Notes under the pieces: model-generated
Told to the model about the DNA's origin: nothing
Databases searched by the model: none
What the model saw: only the letters and a program-made list of their open reading frames with translations
Shown here: positions 18,093 through 26,928 of the stretch, piece by piece
Position numbering within the stretch: position 1 is the stretch's first letter
How the letters are laid out: each line of letters starts with the position of its first letter
Program-made: the position numbers and the translations under genes
From: Candidatus Multivoradales bacterium
Lineage (GTDB): Bacteria; Acidobacteriota; Thermoanaerobaculia; Multivoradales; Multivoraceae
Length of the DNA stretch: 64,000 nt
Assembly (NCBI GenBank): GCA_965223325.1
Contig: CBDCWI010000002.1
Span: 32,001 to 96,000, forward strand
Direction of reading: 5' to 3'

Positions 18093-18217
18093 TCCTGCCC
18101 GCGGGGGTCGCCTTGAGCGCCAATAGCCGCCATTCGACCTATCTGGAGGCCCCTGATTTTGCTAGGGTTTGCGGCGGTTAACGTATTTACCGGCGTCGAT
18201 GCGCGGCCGACTTTCGC

Positions 18218-18263
18218 TTTCCTAAACCGTAGGTCGCAGGTTCGAATCCTGCCGGGCGCACCA
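18218..18263 (+). other. Prophage att site: 3' half of tRNA-Arg(CCT) (anticodon loop to CCA), not a complete tRNA
   Basis: TTTCCTAA-ACCGT-AGGTC-GCAGG-TTCGAAT-CCTGC-CGGGCGC-A-CCA; no D-arm and no 5' acceptor or anticodon strands upstream. Confidence 0.88.
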
Positions 18264-18356
18264 GGGGCAAACCGGCCCCACGAGCGACTTCCCGATCCAC
18301 CAACCATCGAATCGGCCCTACCGTACGCCGCCGGTTCGCAGAGCAGGCCTAGCAGT

Positions 18357-19079
18357 ATGAATCGACAGGACATCAAGCGCGACGAGGTTCGCGAAACCCT
18401 CGAGATCTGGTTCGACTGGATCTACGACCACCTGAAGACCATCGTCTGGGCTGCCCTGGTTCTTCTGGCCGCGGTGGTCGTTGGCGTTCTGATCTGGACG
18501 AATCAGCAAAACAAGATTGCGCGCGCCAACGATGCCCTGGCGGACGCGGTGCGGGTGTACGAGGCGCCGGTCATTGCCCCCGATGTGGTGGAGGAGCCGA
18601 CGCCCGATGATCCCACCAATCCGAGCTTCGGCTCTCTGGAGGCTCGCCAGTCGAAGGCTCGTGAGCTCTTCGAGGTGGTGCGGAGCGAGTACGGTTCGAG
18701 CGAGGCGGCTGATATCGCTGGGGTCTATCTGGCGCGGCTGGCGCTGGCCGACGGTGACCGGGCGACTGCTCGCCAGCTGTGGGAAGGGTTTCTCACGACC
18801 CGCCGCGGCCACGCCCTGTCGACCGCAGTGCGCCTGAACCTCTGGAGCCTCGAACGCGCCGAGGGCAATACCGAGCAGGTCGCGGAACAGATTCGCTCGC
18901 GAATCGACTCCGCCGACGCCCAGATTCCACAGGACGTCCTGTTGTGGGAACTGGGCGTCACGCTCGAGGAGGCCGGCCAGGCCGAGGAAGCACGGCAGGC
19001 CTTTCAGCGGCTTGTCGATGACTACCCGACCTCGCCTTGGGCGCAGTCTTCGCGCCAGCGCCTCGACAGCCCGTCTTGA
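18357..19079 (+). CDS. Membrane-anchored TPR protein (YfgM-like)
   Basis: 'MNRQDIKRDE' N-terminus, single TM, TPR helices ending 'LVDDYPTSPWA'. Confidence 0.75.
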   Translation: MNRQDIKRDEVRETLEIWFDWIYDHLKTIVWAALVLLAAVVVGVLIWTNQQNKIARANDALADAVRVYEAPVIAPDVVEEPTPDDPTNPSFGSLEARQSKARELFEVVRSEYGSSEAADIAGVYLARLALADGDRATARQLWEGFLTTRRGHALSTAVRLNLWSLERAEGNTEQVAEQIRSRIDSADAQIPQDVLLWELGVTLEEAGQAEEARQAFQRLVDDYPTSPWAQSSRQRLDSPS

Positions 19080-19082
19080 GCG

Positions 19083-20426
19083 TTGAAGAGAGCGCCTGAC
19101 ACTCCGGATGACCCGCCGGAAGGTTCCTCGGATCTAGCGCTCGAGCCTTTCGCGATTCTCAATCGAAAGCGGTTCGGCGAGGAGCTGTCGCGGAGCGAGC
19201 TCGAGGCGGTCGCGCGCGGTGCAGCGCAAGGCTCCTGGGACGACGCTCAGCTCGGTGCCTTCTTGATGGCTGCTGCGATCCAAGGTCTCGGCGAGCTTGA
19301 GGCCGCGTCTTTGACCACCGCGATGCGCGATTCGGGGACTTGTTGGCGGCTGGCCGAGGACGTTCCAGGGGTGGTGGACAAGCACTCGACGGGGGGAGTT
19401 GGCGACAAAGTCTCGTTGGTGCTGGCGCCGGTTCTCGCAGCGCTCGACATTCCGGTCGCGATGTTGACGGGGCGGGCGCTCGGCCATACCGGCGGCACCG
19501 CGGACAAGCTCGAGAGCATCGCTGGGGTGGACCTGGCGCTCGATAGAGACGGTGCCGTTCGCTCTCTCGAGCAGACTGGAATGGCGATCGGAATCGCTAC
19601 CGAAGAGGTCGCACCGGCCGATCGACGGTTGTACGCCCTGCGTGATCGCACCGCGACGGTGAGTTCGATTCCGCTGGTCATCGCCAGCATCTTGTCGAAG
19701 AAGCTGGCCACCGGCACCGCGGCAATCGTCTTCGACGTCAAGACCGGCGACGGTGCCTTCTTCCCAGATCCTGAGGTGGCCTCCGAGCTCGCCCAGCGCC
19801 TGGTCGACGTGTCGAACGAAGTGGGTTGTCCAGCCCGGGCGCTTTTGACCGACATGAGCCAGCCGCTCGGCCGGGCGGTAGGGCATGCGGTCGAAGTCGA
19901 AGAAACGATCGCCTACCTCGAGGGTCGCGCTGATGAGCGCCTCAGCGAACTGACCAATCGTCTGGTCCTCGAGCTGGCTGCACTCCGCGACCAGGGCGTC
20001 GATCTGGTAGCGATCGAGGAGACGATCACCAGTGGCAGGGCTCGGGAGTGTTTCGAAGTCTGGGCGCGGCACCGGGGGGCTTCTTCCGACTGGCAGGCGA
20101 AGCTCGAACGCGCCCCTTCGGAGCATGTCGTGTGTGCAGAGGGAGCCGGGTATCTGGCCAGGGTTGAAACTCGGCGCCTCGGTGAGATCGTCGGACACGG
20201 AGGGCGTCCTGGTCAGCACGGCTCGCGTGGCGCCGCGGGGCTCGACCATGGAGTCGGTCTGATCTACGAAGCGCGCCTCGGCGAGCGCGTGGTGGCCGGC
20301 CAGCCGCTGGCCCGCCTCTTTCTCAGGCAACCCGACGAAGGCCTGGTCTCGGCTCTCGAAGGGTGCTTCGAGGTTCGCGAAGAACGGATCCAGGCGCCGG
20401 CGATCGTTCGCCGTTCGTTCGTCTAA
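19083..20426 (+). CDS. deoA: Thymidine / pyrimidine-nucleoside phosphorylase
   Basis: 'DKHSTGGVGDK', 'GRALGHTGGTADKLESI', 'SILSKKLA', 'DVKTGDGAF'. Confidence 0.93.
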   Translation: MKRAPDTPDDPPEGSSDLALEPFAILNRKRFGEELSRSELEAVARGAAQGSWDDAQLGAFLMAAAIQGLGELEAASLTTAMRDSGTCWRLAEDVPGVVDKHSTGGVGDKVSLVLAPVLAALDIPVAMLTGRALGHTGGTADKLESIAGVDLALDRDGAVRSLEQTGMAIGIATEEVAPADRRLYALRDRTATVSSIPLVIASILSKKLATGTAAIVFDVKTGDGAFFPDPEVASELAQRLVDVSNEVGCPARALLTDMSQPLGRAVGHAVEVEETIAYLEGRADERLSELTNRLVLELAALRDQGVDLVAIEETITSGRARECFEVWARHRGASSDWQAKLERAPSEHVVCAEGAGYLARVETRRLGEIVGHGGRPGQHGSRGAAGLDHGVGLIYEARLGERVVAGQPLARLFLRQPDEGLVSALEGCFEVREERIQAPAIVRRSFV

Positions 20427-20456
20427 GGCCTCCCGGGGGTGGCGTCGCTCGTTTCT

Positions 20457-22427
20457 CTAGCGCGTGTCGGCGCTGCACAGGCAGTGCGCCGTGAGAGCTC
20501 GCGGGCTGTCGATTTGTTCGAAGAGGAGCTTCAACTCCGCGGTCAGTGTGAGCCAACCAGGGCCTTTGTGAGTCAGACTCTGTGGAGAGGCGAGAAACGG
20601 CAGGCGCTCGCTGAGCGATGCCCGCATCGTCGTTTTGACACTCTGATTGAACGCCTCCAGGAGTAGCTCCTGCCAGGTTGGCTCGTCGCTTGCGAAACGG
20701 CGTGGCGCGTCGTCGGGAAGCTCAGCCAGCTCGCGCGCCTTCGCGACGGCGGCATCGAGGTCGCCTAGAACGTCGACCAGGCCGAGTTCGTGGGCGTCGT
20801 GGCCGCTCCATACCCGCCCCTGGCCGATCTCGTCGACTCGTTCGACGGTCATCCCGCGGGCCTTGGCCACGCGATCGAGGAAGCGGCGGTAGCCCTTCTC
20901 GACGCTCTGTTGGAGGACGTCACGCAGGGGTTCGGAGGGACTGCGGTCGAGCGTCAGACCGCCGGCGAGTGGGCCGGTCTCGACACCGTCACTGTGAACG
21001 CCGAGGCGTGCGAGGCTGCGCTCGAAGGTCGGGAAGCCGCTGAAGATGCCGATTGAACCGGTGAGGGTCGTCGGGCTCGCGACGATGCTGTCTGCGGCGG
21101 TCGCGATCCAGTATCCACCCGAAGCGGCGACCGAACCCATCGACACGACGACGGGGGTGCCGCTCTCACGAATGGTCTGCAGCTTGCGACGAATGACCTC
21201 GGAGGCGAAGGCGCTACCACCCCCCGAGTCGATGCGAAGAACGAGTGCCTTGGCATGCTTACCTTCGGCCGCCCGGTCGAGACGGTTCGCAAGGGTGGTG
21301 CCACCGATGGCGCCGGCAGGTTGCTCGCCGTCGAGGATGACCCCCGCCGCGGTGACAATGACCACTCCGTCTTCGCGGAGGCGACGGTCACGCTCCGGCC
21401 GCTCGTTCTGGAGGTAGGTCTTGATGCTGACGCTCTTGAAAGAATCGTTGTTCTCACCGAGCTCTTCTTCGAGTTCGGCCTCGAGCTCTTCCCAGCCCAG
21501 CAAGCGATCGACCATTCCCAGGGCGAAGGCCGCCTCTGCGGCATCTCCGTCGTGGTCCCGCAACACCTCGGGGTAGGTCGCGACCCAGCGATCAAAGGTC
21601 TCCGCCGAAAGCTCGCGGGCGCCGAGCACCCGCTGGCGGTAGGCCCGCCATAGGTCGCCGAGCCAGTCCAGCCGCGACTCGCGGTCGGCATCTGACATCT
21701 CGTTCGAGAGGTACGGCTCGAGAGCCGACTTGAACTCGCCGACCTTGAAGATGTTGTAATCGACGTCGAGCTTCTCGAGTGCCTCGGCGAAGTACATGCG
21801 ATAGCTCGAGAAACCGGAGATGCTGAGCTCGCCCATGGGGTCGAGCACGATCTCATCGGCGTGCGCGGCCAGCAGGTAGTCGGACTGGCCGAGGTTGTCA
21901 CCGTAGGCAATGACCTTCTTCTCGGCCGCTCGGAAGCGTTTGATGGCGGCGGCCACCTCTTCGAGCTTGCTGAGGCCTCCACCGGCGAGGGAACGCAGGT
22001 CGAGAACCATCGAGTCGATGTCCTTGTCACGGGCGGCGAGGTCAATGGCGTCAATGACGTCGCGAACCAGGGTCTCCTGGGGGCTACCAGCGACCACGCC
22101 GAGGAGCGAGTCGGTGCTCAGCTCCTCGACCAGCTGGCCACTCGGGGCGACGACCAGAGCGGCACCACGCGGCACCTGGGCCGGGCTACCAACCGCTACG
22201 GCGCTCAAAAAGAGCATCAACAGGAAGCCGAAGAGGAACAGAATGGCGACCGTCAAGAGAATGCGTGAGCCGACGTCGAGGATGCGCCACATCCACAACA
22301 GCGCCTGAACCGGAGCCGAGTGCTGCTGGGCGGGCGGGCGCGGCTCCTGGGCGATTGCCGCTTGCGGTTGGCGAGGAGGAGGGTCGAACCGCGGGGACTG
22401 GGGTGGAGTGTTGTCGCTCGGTTCCAC
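20457..22427 (-). CDS. sppA: Signal peptide peptidase SppA, 67K type
   Basis: 'KVGEFKSALEP', 'LRIDSGGGSAFASE', 'SMGSVAASGGYWI', 'TGSIGIF', 'QGRVWSG'. Confidence 0.95.
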   Translation of the reverse strand: MEPSDNTPPQSPRFDPPPRQPQAAIAQEPRPPAQQHSAPVQALLWMWRILDVGSRILLTVAILFLFGFLLMLFLSAVAVGSPAQVPRGAALVVAPSGQLVEELSTDSLLGVVAGSPQETLVRDVIDAIDLAARDKDIDSMVLDLRSLAGGGLSKLEEVAAAIKRFRAAEKKVIAYGDNLGQSDYLLAAHADEIVLDPMGELSISGFSSYRMYFAEALEKLDVDYNIFKVGEFKSALEPYLSNEMSDADRESRLDWLGDLWRAYRQRVLGARELSAETFDRWVATYPEVLRDHDGDAAEAAFALGMVDRLLGWEELEAELEEELGENNDSFKSVSIKTYLQNERPERDRRLREDGVVIVTAAGVILDGEQPAGAIGGTTLANRLDRAAEGKHAKALVLRIDSGGGSAFASEVIRRKLQTIRESGTPVVVSMGSVAASGGYWIATAADSIVASPTTLTGSIGIFSGFPTFERSLARLGVHSDGVETGPLAGGLTLDRSPSEPLRDVLQQSVEKGYRRFLDRVAKARGMTVERVDEIGQGRVWSGHDAHELGLVDVLGDLDAAVAKARELAELPDDAPRRFASDEPTWQELLLEAFNQSVKTTMRASLSERLPFLASPQSLTHKGPGWLTLTAELKLLFEQIDSPRALTAHCLCSADTR

Positions 22428-22428
22428 C

Positions 22429-23340
22429 TCAGCCGTCTCCGACCTTCACTTCGACACCGCGCAGAGTGTTCATCAAAGAGAGTGCCGGAGCGCGCCAGCG
22501 GTAGGCTTCGAGACGCCCCGTTTCCTGGCCGTCGACGTAGATGATGCCGGCAGGAATGCGGTTGAAGCCCGCCCGCTTGACCTCGGGATCGCTCTCTCGA
22601 TTCTGGGGGATGCCGTAGTACTCGAAGGTGATGTTGGATCCCTGGAGCTCTTCTTCGAGCCGCAGAATGTTGGGCAGCATCTCAGAGCACACCGAGCACC
22701 AGGTGCCGTAGTAGACCTTGATGTGAACCGGCTTGTCGAATTTCTTGAGTGCATCAACGTAGGCGGGCTGGACGATGGCACGCGCCGCCTTCTGGGCGTA
22801 GCTCGGGTTGTGGTCGATGACCTTCTTGCGGCTCGCCGGGCCGAGTAGCGGAGGCCTCGAGATGAGTCGCACGCGATGGTCCTCGATCTCGAAGGCGGGG
22901 CCGCCACCGGCGACCGAGTAGCGGCCCGTCCAGGTGACCGGCGCCCCGCTGATGAAGTCGACGCTACCGTCAGCCGCCTCGTCGAGGTCGGCCTTGTTGT
23001 AGGCCTCGAGACGCTGACCCGAGGGCAGGATGCGGACGATGCTCGAGAGCTCGGGGCTTCGCAAGACGACTCCGCGTCCCTGGGGACCGAAGTAGATGCG
23101 CGACTCGGGAGACTTCTCGCCGTCAATCTCGACATCGAAAGTGCCGATCAGATCGAAGCGCGGCGCCTTGGTACCGGTGGCGAGAGACTGCGCCTCGGCA
23201 ACGCCGGTGAAGATCGTGCCGGTTCTCGGGTCGCTGGGCGAGCACAAGAGGGCGACAACCAGAGCGCCGGCGGTGAACCCACCGAGGTTTCGCCCGCTGA
23301 GCGAACGTTTGCGGGCCGGATCGAGTCTGGAGTACTGCAT
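22429..23340 (-). CDS. Exported thioredoxin-family protein
   Basis: Signal peptide; C-terminal 'YGTWCSVC' CxxC and 'RIPA' cis-Pro region. Confidence 0.75.
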   Translation of the reverse strand: MQYSRLDPARKRSLSGRNLGGFTAGALVVALLCSPSDPRTGTIFTGVAEAQSLATGTKAPRFDLIGTFDVEIDGEKSPESRIYFGPQGRGVVLRSPELSSIVRILPSGQRLEAYNKADLDEAADGSVDFISGAPVTWTGRYSVAGGGPAFEIEDHRVRLISRPPLLGPASRKKVIDHNPSYAQKAARAIVQPAYVDALKKFDKPVHIKVYYGTWCSVCSEMLPNILRLEEELQGSNITFEYYGIPQNRESDPEVKRAGFNRIPAGIIYVDGQETGRLEAYRWRAPALSLMNTLRGVEVKVGDG

Positions 23341-23479
23341 GTTGGGGCCTCAGGCGTTGAGGAGATGGGCGAGCGATCAGACGGAGGTCTGTTGGTCGGG
23401 GCTGTCCGAGCTGGTCGAAGGGCGCTTCTGACCGGCGGCTCAGGCGCCGAGGAAGCTATCACGCAGCGGGTGATCCAGG

Positions 23480-23545
23480 CCGGGCACTCCCCGGGCACTC
23501 CCCGGGCACTCCCCGGGCAATTCCCGGGCGATTCCCGGGCAATTG
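23480..23545. repeat. Tandem repeat, 6 x 11 bp (CCGGGCACTCC / CCGGGCRATTS)
   Basis: Three identical copies then three variants, intergenic between iaaA and the thioredoxin gene. Confidence 0.9.
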
Positions 23546-23585
23546 ACTGGGGTGATTCTGGGATTTCGCGGCTCGACGACCCGCT

Positions 23586-24713
23586 CTAGCGGTTGGTCGA
23601 CGCTTCTTGAACATGGCGCGTGGTCTCCCAAATTCCGACTTCGAAGCGTCCACTGGCGTCGGCTGCGCCGCGAAACATTCCCGGACTGTTGAACTCGAGG
23701 GCAATGCGACCGCGAGGATCGACCGCGATCACGCCGCCGTCGTTCTCAGACAGCACTTCGTGGACGACCTGGCGGGCGGCTTCATCGACGTCGAGATCGA
23801 GGTGCTGGACGCGGGCGGCGATTTCATGCGCAACGTTGTGGCGAATGAACTCTTCGCCGCGTCCGGTGCAGGAGACGGCGACCGACTCATTGTTGGCGTA
23901 GGTGCCGGCGCCGATCAGCGGGACGTCGCCAACCCGGCCCCAGCGCTTGTTGGTCATCCCACCGGTCGAGGTTCCGGCGGCGAGATTGCCGTAGCGGTCC
24001 AGCGCGACCGCCCCGACCGTCGCCATGGCGCCCCCTCCGCCACCCGAAGAGGTGCCGCTGCGCTCTCTCTGCTTCGCCTCTTGTAGCTGCTGGTAGCGCC
24101 GCGGACTGTGGAAGAACGCCTGTCTGACCATCTCCACGCCGTTCTGTCGGGCGAAGTCGTCGGCGCCCGCGCCGCTCAAGAGAACGTGCGGCGAGCGCTC
24201 CATGACCCGGCGCGCCAGGGTGATCGGATGACGGGTATTGCGCACGCCTGCCACGGCGCCACACGCCAGGGTGCGGCCGTCCATGAGAGCTGCGTCGAGC
24301 TCGTGGGTCCCCCGTGAGGTGTAGACGGCACCGCGACCAGCGTTCCAGCGCTCGTCGTCTTCCATGATTCTGACCAGCTGCTCGACGACCTCGAGCGCCG
24401 CGGTGCCTTTTGCGAGCGCGCGACGACCTTCGGCAAGCACCTCCTCGAGGGCGCTCAGGTAGCCGTCGGCGTCGGTGTCGTCACGCGCGATGACCCCGGC
24501 ACCGCCGTGAATGGCCAGGGCCCATTCGAGTCTGGGCTCTTCAACGGGCTCCGGGGGAGGGGTTTCGCTGCTGCGCTCTGATGGCTCCGGAGTGGATCGG
24601 CTGTCCTGATCTCTGCTGCAGCTCGCCGACACGATGAGCACCATCATGAGCGCGACGGCCGCCGCCCAGCGCCGGGAGCTTTGCACCTGTGAAACGCCTG
24701 CTAGGGAACGCAC
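23586..24713 (-). CDS. iaaA: Isoaspartyl peptidase / L-asparaginase (Ntn hydrolase), with lipoprotein-like signal
   Basis: 'LAIHGGAG', 'ELDAALMDG', nucleophile 'TVGAVALD', 'TSTGG..NK..GRVGD', 'CTGRGE'. Confidence 0.92.
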   Translation of the reverse strand: MRSLAGVSQVQSSRRWAAAVALMMVLIVSASCSRDQDSRSTPEPSERSSETPPPEPVEEPRLEWALAIHGGAGVIARDDTDADGYLSALEEVLAEGRRALAKGTAALEVVEQLVRIMEDDERWNAGRGAVYTSRGTHELDAALMDGRTLACGAVAGVRNTRHPITLARRVMERSPHVLLSGAGADDFARQNGVEMVRQAFFHSPRRYQQLQEAKQRERSGTSSGGGGGAMATVGAVALDRYGNLAAGTSTGGMTNKRWGRVGDVPLIGAGTYANNESVAVSCTGRGEEFIRHNVAHEIAARVQHLDLDVDEAARQVVHEVLSENDGGVIAVDPRGRIALEFNSPGMFRGAADASGRFEVGIWETTRHVQEASTNR

Positions 24714-24943
24714 GCTTGAACTCGCTCTCGCAGAAAGGCCTGGACCACCGGTCCAGGAATGAAGGGTGAGGGCGAGACTATCGGATGTCCCTCGAAGGTC
24801 TGCCGGCTGCCCACACCGTCGGCTACCTGGTCTCGACTGAGGAAGACCCAGGAGGGCTGGTTATGATGGTCGCCTGTTTTCATTCTGAGTCGAGACGATC
24901 GAATACGGCCACGCACTCGACACGGGCCGTGAGGAAGGTGCGC

Positions 24944-25246
24944 GTGATCGATCCACAAGAAGCCGACGACCGGAAGCCCTCGCCGCTGCCAGAGTACGCC
25001 GACCAGCAGGACCTCGCGCGTCTCTGGGCCGAGGCAGCACCGGACTCTGAGCCGGCGAGGACTCGCTGGTTTCTTCCGGTAGTGGCGCTTCTGCTCCTGC
25101 TCAACGTTCCCTGGTATTTACCGCAGGCGTTCGCCGGGCACATCTACGCGGGTCTTCCTGGCTTCGTGTGGATGGCGCTCTTGACCTCGGTCGGCCTGGC
25201 GGCGGTGACTTCGTTCGCGGCTCTCAGGGAGTGGCGCGACGGATGA
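24944..25246 (+). CDS. Small two-TM partner of a sodium:solute symporter (DUF3311-like)
   Basis: Two TMs, 'VPWY', 'GLPGFV'; ATGA overlap with symporter; start approximate. Confidence 0.6.
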   Translation: MIDPQEADDRKPSPLPEYADQQDLARLWAEAAPDSEPARTRWFLPVVALLLLLNVPWYLPQAFAGHIYAGLPGFVWMALLTSVGLAAVTSFAALREWRDG

Positions 25247-26739
25247 ACGACGGCTCGATTCACTTCGGTCAGGGGCCCATGGTGGTCATGGGCATCTACC
25301 TGGCGGTGGTTCTGCTGCTCGGTTGGATCGGCCGGCGCTCGCGTCGCGAGGAGTCGTTGCGCGACTTCTACCTCGGAGGCAGCTCTTTCGGCTTCGTAGT
25401 CCTCTTCCTGACCATTTTCGCCACCCAGTACAGCGGCAACACCTTGCTCGGATTCTCTGGTCGATCCTACCGCCAGGGGACGACCTACATCGTGAGTGTC
25501 ACCTTCATGATTCTGGTGGTGACCGTGTACCAGGTCTACGCGCCGCGCCTGTTCAAGCTCTCGCGTCGCTTCGGCTACATCACCCCGGCGGACTTTGTGT
25601 ATCACCGCTTCGGGTCGCATCGAATGCGGGTGCTGGCGGTTTGCCTCTTGTGCTGGGGGCTTGCCAACTACGTTCTCGAGCAGCTCGTCGCGATGGGGCA
25701 TGCCGTCGAAGCGATCAGTGACCAACGGCTCAGCTTCATGCAGGGAGTCGTGCTCCTGGCCCTGGTGATGGTGGTCTACGAGAGCCTGGGCGGGATGCGA
25801 TCGGTGGCATGGACCGACGTCATCCAGGGCGGCCTTCTGTTGGTGGGCTGTGGGGTCCTCTTGTATCTCTTGATCGGGTCGGAGGGCGGACTGCCACGAG
25901 CCAGCCGGGTGATCGCCGAGACGGCTCCCGAACGGCTCGCTCCTCCCTCCACGGCCGGCCTACGGAACTGGATCTCAGATCTCGTTCTCTTGGGTTTTGG
26001 TGTTGCGATCTATCCCCACGCCATTCAGCGTCTCTTCGCTGCGCGTTCCCTCAGAAGCCTCCGGCGCTCGCTCGCACTCATGGCCTGGATGCCTTTTGGC
26101 ACGACCCTGCTTGCCTTTCTGATCGGCTACGTCGCGCTGAGTCACTACCCGGATCTCTCGGTCCTCGAGAGCGACAAGGTGACGGTTCTGATGCTCGGTC
26201 GTCTGCTCGATCGCGGCCCGTTCGAGTACTGGCTGGTGGTGCTGGTTTTCTCAGGAGTCGTGGCAGCGATCATGTCGACGGCTGACTCGGCGCTCCTGGC
26301 CATCGGTTCGATGGCAGTCAAGGACATCTACAAGCCCTATCTGCGTCCGTCGGCGTCGTCGCGGGAAATGCTGCTGGTCGGTAAGTCGTTCGCCTGGGGC
26401 TTGATGCTCTTCTTGATGCTGATGGCCTGGGTCTCGCACCGCACCGAGAGCTCTCTGTGGCTGTTGATCAAACTCAAGCTCGAGTTCATGGTGCAACTGG
26501 CACCAGCGATCGTGCTCGGGGTGCAGTGGCGTCGCCTGGCAACCAGCCCGACGTTCTGGGGTATGGCCGCGGGGACGCTGCTGACCCTCGTGCTGTGGGT
26601 CGGGGTGCCCTTCGGTTGGTGGGTGGAACGCTCACCGGTGGGAATCTCGGCCGGGGTGTGGGGGCTGGCGCTGAATGCGGCCATCGCCGTCGGGGGAAGC
26701 CTTGCGGCGCGAGAACCAGCCCCCGCCGAGCAGAGGTGA
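25243..26739 (+). CDS. Sodium:solute symporter family protein
   Basis: 'DFYLGG', 'ATQYSGNT', 'GGMRSVAWTDVIQG', 'AAIMSTADS'. Confidence 0.92.
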   Translation: MNDGSIHFGQGPMVVMGIYLAVVLLLGWIGRRSRREESLRDFYLGGSSFGFVVLFLTIFATQYSGNTLLGFSGRSYRQGTTYIVSVTFMILVVTVYQVYAPRLFKLSRRFGYITPADFVYHRFGSHRMRVLAVCLLCWGLANYVLEQLVAMGHAVEAISDQRLSFMQGVVLLALVMVVYESLGGMRSVAWTDVIQGGLLLVGCGVLLYLLIGSEGGLPRASRVIAETAPERLAPPSTAGLRNWISDLVLLGFGVAIYPHAIQRLFAARSLRSLRRSLALMAWMPFGTTLLAFLIGYVALSHYPDLSVLESDKVTVLMLGRLLDRGPFEYWLVVLVFSGVVAAIMSTADSALLAIGSMAVKDIYKPYLRPSASSREMLLVGKSFAWGLMLFLMLMAWVSHRTESSLWLLIKLKLEFMVQLAPAIVLGVQWRRLATSPTFWGMAAGTLLTLVLWVGVPFGWWVERSPVGISAGVWGLALNAAIAVGGSLAAREPAPAEQR

Positions 26740-26928
26740 TGGGCTGGCTGGGGGGTACGGCGCCCTCAGAAAACTTGCTTTTCTTGGGATAGACTTGATG
26801 GGCTCAGGTTTCCTCGGCGATTGCTGTTCTCTGGGAATGGCTGTGCTGTGCCGTCTCGGGCGAACCCGTGCTCTCAGTTCCCGTCCTCTAGTGCCACCTT
26901 CATCTCCCGGAATCGAATCGTACGCTCC

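Larger units (their letters stand above)
1..18263. mobile_element. Prophage (siphovirus-like, long non-contractile tail), right-hand portion; continues beyond the left window edge
   Basis: Co-oriented, tightly coupled tail tube / TAC with slippery site / tape measure / tail tip / holin / amidase genes, then an accessory cluster, ending at a tRNA-Arg 3' fragment; housekeeping genes follow immediately. No sheath gene seen; no integrase in window. Confidence 0.93.

Noticed and set aside
18180-18263. Complete tRNA-Arg gene
   Set aside because: Only the anticodon loop to CCA is present; upstream bases cannot form the D-arm or pair with the acceptor and anticodon stems.
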